Positions 17,850-24,000 of a DNA stretch of 24,000 nt are shown piece after piece; within the stretch, counting starts at the first letter, position 1; each line of letters starts with the position of its first letter. Source of the stretch: Methanoregulaceae archaeon UBA467 (GTDB taxonomy: Archaea; Halobacteriota; Methanomicrobia; Methanomicrobiales; Methanospirillaceae); NCBI GenBank assembly GCA_002503825.1, contig DASP01000011.1:1-24000 (forward strand). The letters run 5' to 3'. A program made the translations under genes and the position numbers. The notes beneath the pieces are model-generated. The model was not told where the DNA came from, made no database searches, and saw only the letters and a program-made list of their open reading frames with translations.

Positions 17850-18815
17850 ATGAAAGAGGAACGAAATTTCAAAGAAATTGTGGCTGAAAGCCGTTATGTA
17901 TTTGTTATCGCTGTTGCCGGCGACAGCGGCTCGGGAAAGACCACATTTACCCGGTCTGTCCGCCACATATTTGGCGACGATCTTGTATCCACCATCACGC
18001 TTGACGATTACCATATTTATGACCGTAAAGAGCGTGAAAGACAAAATATTACTCCCCTCTCCCCGGCCGCAAATGACCTGGCCCGTCTTGAGCATGACGT
18101 TGAAGTCCTCAGGCAGGGAGACCCGGTCCAAAAAATGAGGTATAACCATGAGAAAGGCACTATTGAAGGCCCTTTCAGGTTTATGCCGGCCAAAATACTC
18201 ATACTCGAAGGACTTCATCCAATCGCCACGCCGCGGCTCCGCGAGCTCGTCGATTTTTCAGTGTATGTCGACCCTGCGCCCGATGTAAAACGGGAGTGGA
18301 AGCTCAAGCGCGACATCGAAAACCGGGGGTACTCGGAGCGCGAAGTAACCCTTGAGATGGCACGAAGGGAGTCTGATTACCAGAACTATGTTGCCCCGCA
18401 GCGGGAACTGGCGGATTCAGTCATCAGCATTGAGTTTTCCCGTTTTGGAAGGGAGATCGGGTGGCTGAAAAATATCTACCGGATCAGTCTTTCACAGACC
18501 TGCAGGGAAGGAGTGACCGCGGCTGTCGACCTGGTCATACCTCTTGGAGGACTTTTCTCGCAATGCGACAGGAATTTTCTTTTTAAATATGGATCCGGTG
18601 AAAAAAACGGGAAAAAAACAGGCACCCTTTCAATAGACGGTGAACTGAGCGGGGAAATGATGCAGGGCCTCCTGAAAACAATCAGCCGGGAGACAGGTAT
18701 TGAATATACGGTGCCGCAAACGCCGGATAAAATCTACACTGCAACCGATTTTTTCCAGATGTTTCTTTCATGGAAGATCATTGACGCCCGGATGGCCATT
18801 GAAGAGAGAAGATAA
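17850..18815 (+). CDS. Phosphoribulokinase/uridine-kinase family protein, archaeal PRK-like
   Basis: 321 aa. It has the P-loop AVAGDSGSGKTT, then LDDYH, ILILEGLH and KLKRDIENRGYS. Length and motifs fit archaeal phosphoribulokinase better than uridine kinase. AGGAG lies upstream. Confidence 0.7.
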   Translation: MKEERNFKEIVAESRYVFVIAVAGDSGSGKTTFTRSVRHIFGDDLVSTITLDDYHIYDRKERERQNITPLSPAANDLARLEHDVEVLRQGDPVQKMRYNHEKGTIEGPFRFMPAKILILEGLHPIATPRLRELVDFSVYVDPAPDVKREWKLKRDIENRGYSEREVTLEMARRESDYQNYVAPQRELADSVISIEFSRFGREIGWLKNIYRISLSQTCREGVTAAVDLVIPLGGLFSQCDRNFLFKYGSGEKNGKKTGTLSIDGELSGEMMQGLLKTISRETGIEYTVPQTPDKIYTATDFFQMFLSWKIIDARMAIEERR

Positions 18816-19052
18816 CGACCGTTTCCGTGATATCTTACCCGCGGTTTTCTGGGTGCTGCATGCATGAAGCCTGGTGAATATCCTGAACATTCCCGGCAGG
18901 AGCCAAGCCTGTCACCGTTCTTTTTCATTGGGTCGCGAACCGGGACGGGACCGGTAAAAACGGCAATACGCCGGGTGTGATGGCCGGAATTACTCGCAGA
19001 CTGGCGTTTCAGACGGGCAAAACATATCTGGATAGAACACAATTTTCTAGTA

Positions 19053-20513
19053 ATGGGACGGATCCAGTATTTTTCCACGGTCTTTGGCGAGCTTGGAGGA
19101 ATGCTGATATTTATCAGTCCGGTGACTGTTGTTCCTCTCATCGTTTCACTGATCTACCGGGAATGGGATATGCTCATACCGATGGGGATCGTGCCGGTGC
19201 TGTTTTTCTCACTCGGGGTGCTCCTGAACCGCCTCCCCAGAAAATCCCGGGAAGTACGGCTTAGTGCGGCGCTCTGTTCTGTCGCCCTTGTATGGCTCAC
19301 ATTTGCCGCAGTGAGCAGCATACCCTTCATGCTTACCCTTCACATCTCCTTTACCGACGCCCTTTTCGAAGGAATGGCCGGATGGACCGGCACAGGGTTT
19401 ACCCTTCTCCGGAACCTTGACAGTATCCCGATGACACTGATATTCTGGCGGACATTCATGCAGTGGATCGGGGGGGTGGGCATCATCGCCCTGACCATTA
19501 CCATGGCGAACCGCTCGGGCCTGAGCCAGTCGCCGTTGTTCCGGGCAGACAGCAGGAACGAGCAGATCCTCCCGAACGTCATCGCCACGGGCAGGCAGAT
19601 CTGGGTCAGTTATATCATCCTTACGGTTATTGCCATTGTTCTTATCCTGATTGCCGGCATACCGCTCTGGGACGCGGTAAATATCGGGCTTTCCGCAATA
19701 TCGACCGGGGGATTCACGCCACACCCGGGGGGAATTATCGCCTACCATAACCCGCTCCTCGAATACCTTCTCATCCCGGTCATGATTATCGGCTCCACAC
19801 CGTTCATCCTCTACTACATGATGTACAGGAAGCGGAAAATTGCGCTTTTCGGTGATGAACAGATAAAGATACTCTTCACATTTCTCGTATTCGGGGCGCT
19901 CATTGTTATTTCAGACCTCCTGTTCATCAGCCATTATGCGTGGACCGAGGCGGTCAGGCAGGGCCTTTTCATGACTGCTGCGGCCATCAGCACTACCGGG
20001 TTCCAGAACGGGAATCCCCATGCCTATGCCAGCGTGACCGTCGTCTTCCTTTCCATGCTCATGTTTATCGGGGGATCGTCGGGGAGCACTGCCGGAGGGG
20101 TAAAATTGTCAAGAATTGCACTCGGGTATCGTGGCCTCATCTGGTGGTTCAGGCGTGCCTTCGTCAGGGGCAAGGTCCTTGTCGCATTCAAGTACGAGGG
20201 CCGGACCATCCCTGACCAGATCGCCGAGCCGGAACTGGCAAAAAACATGCTGGTCATCATCCTGTCGGTCATTACCATTTTTGTCGGCACGATGATTATT
20301 CTGCAGTTCCATATTATCTCATTCGGGCTTACCGAGCTGGTTTTTGATATTGTCTCTGCGTTTTCTTCATGCGGGCTTACGACAGGATACGTCTCCCCGA
20401 CAATGCCGCTGATCTCGAAATGGGTTTTTATCTTTGTCATGTGGATCGGCAGGCTTGAGGTAATCCCGGTTATCGTCCTTTTCCTTGGCCTGTTCCAGGG
20501 CTCCGAGCGATAA
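19053..20513 (+). CDS. trkH: TrkH/KtrB-family K+ transporter membrane subunit
   Basis: 486 aa and polytopic. It has repeated selectivity-filter-like motifs (GTGF, STGGF, STTGF, CGLTTGY) and GSTAGGVKLSR. Confidence 0.85.
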   Translation: MGRIQYFSTVFGELGGMLIFISPVTVVPLIVSLIYREWDMLIPMGIVPVLFFSLGVLLNRLPRKSREVRLSAALCSVALVWLTFAAVSSIPFMLTLHISFTDALFEGMAGWTGTGFTLLRNLDSIPMTLIFWRTFMQWIGGVGIIALTITMANRSGLSQSPLFRADSRNEQILPNVIATGRQIWVSYIILTVIAIVLILIAGIPLWDAVNIGLSAISTGGFTPHPGGIIAYHNPLLEYLLIPVMIIGSTPFILYYMMYRKRKIALFGDEQIKILFTFLVFGALIVISDLLFISHYAWTEAVRQGLFMTAAAISTTGFQNGNPHAYASVTVVFLSMLMFIGGSSGSTAGGVKLSRIALGYRGLIWWFRRAFVRGKVLVAFKYEGRTIPDQIAEPELAKNMLVIILSVITIFVGTMIILQFHIISFGLTELVFDIVSAFSSCGLTTGYVSPTMPLISKWVFIFVMWIGRLEVIPVIVLFLGLFQGSER

Positions 20514-20553
20514 TTCCGCGGGTAGGACGAACGGGCGGACTGTTGAAATCAAC

Positions 20554-20561
20554 TTTTTTTT
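20554..20561 (+). terminator. Oligo-T (T8) archaeal terminator after trkH
   Basis: A run of 8 T starts 41 nt downstream of the trkH stop. Confidence 0.45.
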
Positions 20562-20578
20562 GGTTAACTTCAGAATAC

Positions 20579-20588
20579 CTAATATAAA
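20579..20588 (+). promoter_or_regulatory. Candidate TATA box for the nitrogenase-like operon
   Basis: CTAATATAAA abuts ATG 20589 and lies about 25 nt upstream of ATG 20610. This spacing favours a near-leaderless transcript starting at [11 protein letters not shown]. Confidence 0.4.
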
Positions 20589-20609
20589 ATGCAGACAAAC
20601 CTGATCACA

Positions 20610-21428
20610 ATGAAACAGATAGCCCTGTACGGGAAGGGTGGTATCGGAAAATCGACAACTTCAGCAAATTTATCAGCTGCACTCTCGGATCAGGGACTTG
20701 ACATACTTCAGATAGGGTGCGACCCGAAAAGGGACAGCACCCGCATGCTCATGCACGGGCGTCTCATCCCCACTGTCATGGACCTTGTCAGGGAGCGTGG
20801 GGACCGGGACCTTACGGTCGGGGATATCGTCTTTGAAGGGTATAACGGCATCAGGTGCGTGGAAGCGGGTGGTCCGGAGCCGGGCGTCGGATGTGCGGGA
20901 AGGGGTATTATTGCCACCTTCCAGATACTCGAACGCCTGGGGGCCCTGAAAGGGGATATAATCCTCTATGACGTCCTTGGTGACGTGGTCTGCGGCGGGT
21001 TTGCGATGCCGATGCGTGAAGGATATGCAGAGGAGGTCTACCTGGTCACGTCAGGCGAACTGATGTCGCTGTATGCCGCGAATAATATCTGTAAGGCAAT
21101 AAAACGTCTCTCTGCCCGTGTAAAGGGCCGTTGCAGGCTTGCAGGGGTGATATGCAACGCCAAGAATATTGAAAACGAGGAGGAACTGGTATCGGATTTC
21201 GCCAGCCGGATCAACAGCAGGATGGTTGCGTTCATTCCCCGGGACCCGGTCGTCCAGCGTTCGGAGCTGAATAAAATGACCGTTATAGAGTATGCCCCGG
21301 ATTCGTCGCAGGCTGCTGCGTACCGGACGCTCGCAGGGAGTGTCCTTGAAAATACCCGGCTTGATATCCCGGAACCGCTTGAAATTGATGAACTCGAGTC
21401 CCTCGCATATGAATACCTCAAGGACTGA
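20610..21428 (+). CDS. NifH/BchL/CfbC-family Fe-protein-like ATPase
   Basis: It has Walker [10 protein letters not shown], switch [10 protein letters not shown], and both [4Fe-4S] Cys contexts (GVGCAGRGI and [14 protein letters not shown]). An alternative start at 20589 would add 7 aa. Confidence 0.85.
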   Translation: MKQIALYGKGGIGKSTTSANLSAALSDQGLDILQIGCDPKRDSTRMLMHGRLIPTVMDLVRERGDRDLTVGDIVFEGYNGIRCVEAGGPEPGVGCAGRGIIATFQILERLGALKGDIILYDVLGDVVCGGFAMPMREGYAEEVYLVTSGELMSLYAANNICKAIKRLSARVKGRCRLAGVICNAKNIENEEELVSDFASRINSRMVAFIPRDPVVQRSELNKMTVIEYAPDSSQAAAYRTLAGSVLENTRLDIPEPLEIDELESLAYEYLKD

Positions 21429-22428
21429 AGGCTGTACTCTTACCGGGGCGCTCTCGGTCACAACGGCGGTACGTGACGGTGTGACGGTCATTCATGGCCC
21501 GAAAGGCTGTGCCCATCATAATTTTTCCCTTTTTCATGCGACGCGAATCGATAACGAATGCTTTTCAGTCCCGCGGATAGTCTCGACAGGCCTCCTTGAG
21601 GACGATATAATTTTCGGCGGCGAAGAAGCGCTTGAACAGACAATCCGGGCTGTAATTCAACGTCGTCCGGCATCGGTCTATGTCCTCTCGACATGTGTCG
21701 TGGAGACTATCGGTGATGATGTGCGGTCTGTATGTGAAAAGATCTGGGACGTCCCGGTCCTCCATATTCCCACGGCAGGGTTTCTCGGGGGCGTATTCCG
21801 GACAGGGTATGTGAATGCCCTCATGGCGTTGTCGGTACTGGCAAAAAAGACCGGTGACTCCCCGGGTGTCAATCTTGTCGGGGAAAAAAACCTTGAATTC
21901 GAAGTTGACCAGCATTTTATGGAAGTATCGAGGCTGATCTCACTCCTCGGAACAGACGTGCATATCAGGTATGTTCGTGACGCGTCCACCGCAGATATCG
22001 GAAGACTCGGCAATGCATCTCTCAACATCCTGCGGGAACCTGCACTTGAACCGGTCGGCAGGCATTTTGAATCGTCGTTTCGGACCCCCTGGATCAGTTC
22101 GTTCCCCGTGGGGCTGTACGGCACCATACGGTTCCTCGAAGAAACCGCCGAAAAACTCGGTGCCGGAAGCAATGCTGCGGTTGAAGAGGAACTGAAGTTC
22201 CAGCGCGAGATGATGGAACGGTTCAGCGACCTGGAATGCCGCACGGTGTGGTTCGGCGAAGGCTTCGAATCATCCCCCGGATTCCCGCTCGTTGAGGAGC
22301 TCATCACGGAACTGGACATGGCACTTGACGAACGGGGAACCTCGCTGACGTTTCCTGACCCGTTCCCGGTAGGGACTGCAGGGATATCACGGCTGCTCCA
22401 CCGGTGGAGGAGGAGGTGCAATGCCTGA
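21409..22428 (+). CDS. Nitrogenase component-1-type oxidoreductase, short NifD/NifE-like subunit (339 aa)
   Basis: The motifs are [17 protein letters not shown] and [12 protein letters not shown]. Start is placed at ATG 21409 (MNTSRTEGC), overlapping the upstream gene by 20 nt. Earlier codons of the track ORF lie inside the nifH-like gene. Confidence 0.7.
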   Translation: MNTSRTEGCTLTGALSVTTAVRDGVTVIHGPKGCAHHNFSLFHATRIDNECFSVPRIVSTGLLEDDIIFGGEEALEQTIRAVIQRRPASVYVLSTCVVETIGDDVRSVCEKIWDVPVLHIPTAGFLGGVFRTGYVNALMALSVLAKKTGDSPGVNLVGEKNLEFEVDQHFMEVSRLISLLGTDVHIRYVRDASTADIGRLGNASLNILREPALEPVGRHFESSFRTPWISSFPVGLYGTIRFLEETAEKLGAGSNAAVEEELKFQREMMERFSDLECRTVWFGEGFESSPGFPLVEELITELDMALDERGTSLTFPDPFPVGTAGISRLLHRWRRRCNA

Positions 22429-23545
22429 CTGTTCAAACCCTCTCTGGCCATGTGCGATGACCGGTGCAGCTGCCTGTATGGCCGGTTTCGAAGGCATGGG
22501 GGTCATCATCCATGGTTCGAGCGGGTGCTATTTTTACCCGGCCACCCTCCTTCACACCCTCCTGCACAGTACGTTTATCAGCGAGGAAGATGTCATCTTC
22601 GGGTCGGAAAAGAGGATTGTCGAGACGATCGATGAGTTGTCACCGCGATATGAGCGTCTTGCGGTACTCCTGACCTGTGTCCCGGCAGTCACCGGCGACG
22701 ACCTTAAACGGATGATTGGCCGTGATGATGTCATAATCGTTGACAGCCCCGGTTTTGCAGGGAGTTTTGAAGAGGGATATACGAGAGCAGTAAGCCAGCT
22801 CCCGTGTATCACAACAGGTGATGTACCGGGCGTCAATATCGACGGTTTAAGTCTTGCCGATCCGTTTTGTCATGGAAATGCGATCGAGATCGAACGGCTG
22901 CTCGGAAAAGCCGGAGTCAGGGTTGCGACACGGTTCTGTCTTGACCGTCTCGATGCACTCGGCCATTGTGCGGATAATACCGTCGGGGCAAACCCTGACC
23001 TTCAGAGCGGAAAGGGAAGATACCTTGGTTCAATGCTCGGCCTGGATAATATCAGGCAGACTGTTACTGAGCTTGCCAGGTATAACCCCCTTGATGCGGA
23101 TGCCGTCTGCCGGGAGGCTGACATGGCCGAAGAACGGCTGGCAGCGGCATGCGATAAGTACCTGCGGCGATATGAGCCGCCCTCTGTCGCGGTATCCGGA
23201 AATTTTTCCTATGCCGTCTTTGCAGCAGGGATGATAGAGCGTTATCTTGACGGTGCGATCTGCACGATCGCTTCACGGAATGCTGTCGGGCCGTCGCCGT
23301 ATAATGTGGTACAGACAGATGACCTTGATGTCATCACCGGCCTGATTTCGTCCAATGACCCTGACCTCGTTGTCGGGTCATCCTTTGAACGCTCTGTCGC
23401 CCCGGGGTGTGCATTTGTGGGTATAATTCCCCCGCTGCGGGGACAGGTGCGGCTCAGGGCCCAGCCGCTTGCCGGTACCGAAGGAGCGCTTAACTTCATG
23501 GAACAGGTTTTAAACGCATGTATTGATCGCCAGAAACGAAAATAG
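22421..23545 (+). CDS. Nitrogenase component-1-type oxidoreductase, short NifK/NifN-like subunit (374 aa)
   Basis: The motifs are WPCAMTGA, HGSSGCYF and LLTCVPAVTGDD. A strong SD (GGAGGAGGAGGTG) lies directly upstream. It overlaps the preceding gene by 8 nt (ATGCCTGA). Confidence 0.7.
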   Translation: MPDCSNPLWPCAMTGAAACMAGFEGMGVIIHGSSGCYFYPATLLHTLLHSTFISEEDVIFGSEKRIVETIDELSPRYERLAVLLTCVPAVTGDDLKRMIGRDDVIIVDSPGFAGSFEEGYTRAVSQLPCITTGDVPGVNIDGLSLADPFCHGNAIEIERLLGKAGVRVATRFCLDRLDALGHCADNTVGANPDLQSGKGRYLGSMLGLDNIRQTVTELARYNPLDADAVCREADMAEERLAAACDKYLRRYEPPSVAVSGNFSYAVFAAGMIERYLDGAICTIASRNAVGPSPYNVVQTDDLDVITGLISSNDPDLVVGSSFERSVAPGCAFVGIIPPLRGQVRLRAQPLAGTEGALNFMEQVLNACIDRQKRK

Positions 23546-23824
23546 TGTAGAATTTGCGTTTAATTGACTTCCAAAAATAATAAGGGCCGATTCAGGTCGG
23601 ACCTCCATTACTTCCAAAAATCTTTTGGTTTTCATTTAAATATCCATATTCCGGAAAAAATATTCGGATTCCCTGACATTCCCTGTTGCCCTTGCAATCC
23701 CTGGTTTTCCTGAATAATCAGGAATCCGCTCATCAGATAAAACGGGAAATTCACTTTCACCCCGCGCACATTGAATGCTTATATAGGGCTCTTTCCAGAA
23801 CAATGAAGTGGCAGAGTGGAAGAG

Positions 23825-24000
23825 ATGATGAGAAAGGCAGGCTACATTCAGAAATCCGGCTGGGAAGTCCTTGATTCAGAAGGTATTCCCCGCGAAGTGC
23901 TGGAATTAAGAATTCACGGCGCGACGCTTTGCATCCGTCTTGAAGAACTGTCTGAAACGATTGCAGGGGGACTGACCGCAAGTGTGGAGCGTATCCGCCA
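23825..24000 (+). CDS. 5' part of an unidentified ORF running off the window
   Basis: The open frame reads MMRKAGYIQKSGWEVLDSEGIPREVLELRIHGATLCIRLEELSETIAGG... TTATATA (23779-23785) lies about 40 nt upstream. I recognise no family. Confidence 0.3.
   Translation, partial: MMRKAGYIQKSGWEVLDSEGIPREVLELRIHGATLCIRLEELSETIAGGLTASVERIR

Noticed and set aside
17727-18218. 163-aa minus-strand ORF
   Set aside because: It overlaps the kinase 3' end and the P-loop-encoding 5' end of the PRK-like gene on the opposite strand. It has no family resemblance.
21678-22451. 257-aa Ser-rich minus-strand ORF
   Set aside because: It is antisense to the NifD-like gene, Ser/Pro/Arg-rich and has no motifs. It is a GC-driven shadow ORF. 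The same reasoning applies to 21051-21491 and 21038-21421 (both minus strand).
20589-23545. A genuine nifHDK nitrogenase operon
   Set aside because: The D- and K-like proteins are only 339 and 374 aa. By my by-eye alignment the D-like protein has Glu at the FeMo-co Cys275 position. No nifI1/I2, nifE/N or nifB genes accompany them. It is therefore reported as nitrogenase-like, not as a nitrogenase.

Overview
By gene content this is a chromosomal segment of a methanogenic archaeon, probably Methanomicrobiales-like, with mid-50s % GC judged by eye. I can support about 25 protein genes and one tRNA.

Gene order, left to right:
- a hicAB toxin-antitoxin pair beside tRNA-Glu(UUC)
- a minus-strand block: cfbA-cfbE-cfbD-cfbB (coenzyme F430 biosynthesis, with cfbC missing), then ilvE 30 nt downstream
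- a translationally coupled trio: a methanogenesis-marker-9 TIM-barrel/Cys-rich protein, a CitG-like protein and a DUF447 protein
- hypA-hypE, a DedA protein and another membrane protein
- a DUF2148 protein plus beta-RFAP synthase (first methanopterin step)
- rubredoxin plus the flavodiiron protein FprA
- a receiver-PAS-histidine kinase, an archaeal-type phosphoribulokinase and TrkH
- a compact nifH-like gene with two short nifD/K-like genes

The nitrogenase-like H-D-K operon (20.6-23.5 kb) is the most interesting item. The ATPase has every NifH hallmark. Both short partner subunits keep P-cluster-type Cys triads but lack the FeMo-cofactor Cys ligand. The operon is not linked to the CfbD-containing F430 cluster in the same window. 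That argues for an uncharacterised heteromeric group-IV-type reductase rather than a nitrogenase or CfbCD.

Secondary items are a roughly 245-bp GC-rich structured spacer (candidate ncRNA or micro-ORF), several repeat-bearing regulatory spacers, and the function-unknown marker-9/CitG-like/DUF447 operon. I saw no CRISPR array, transposase or integrase. All calls rest on by-eye motif recognition; no searches were run.
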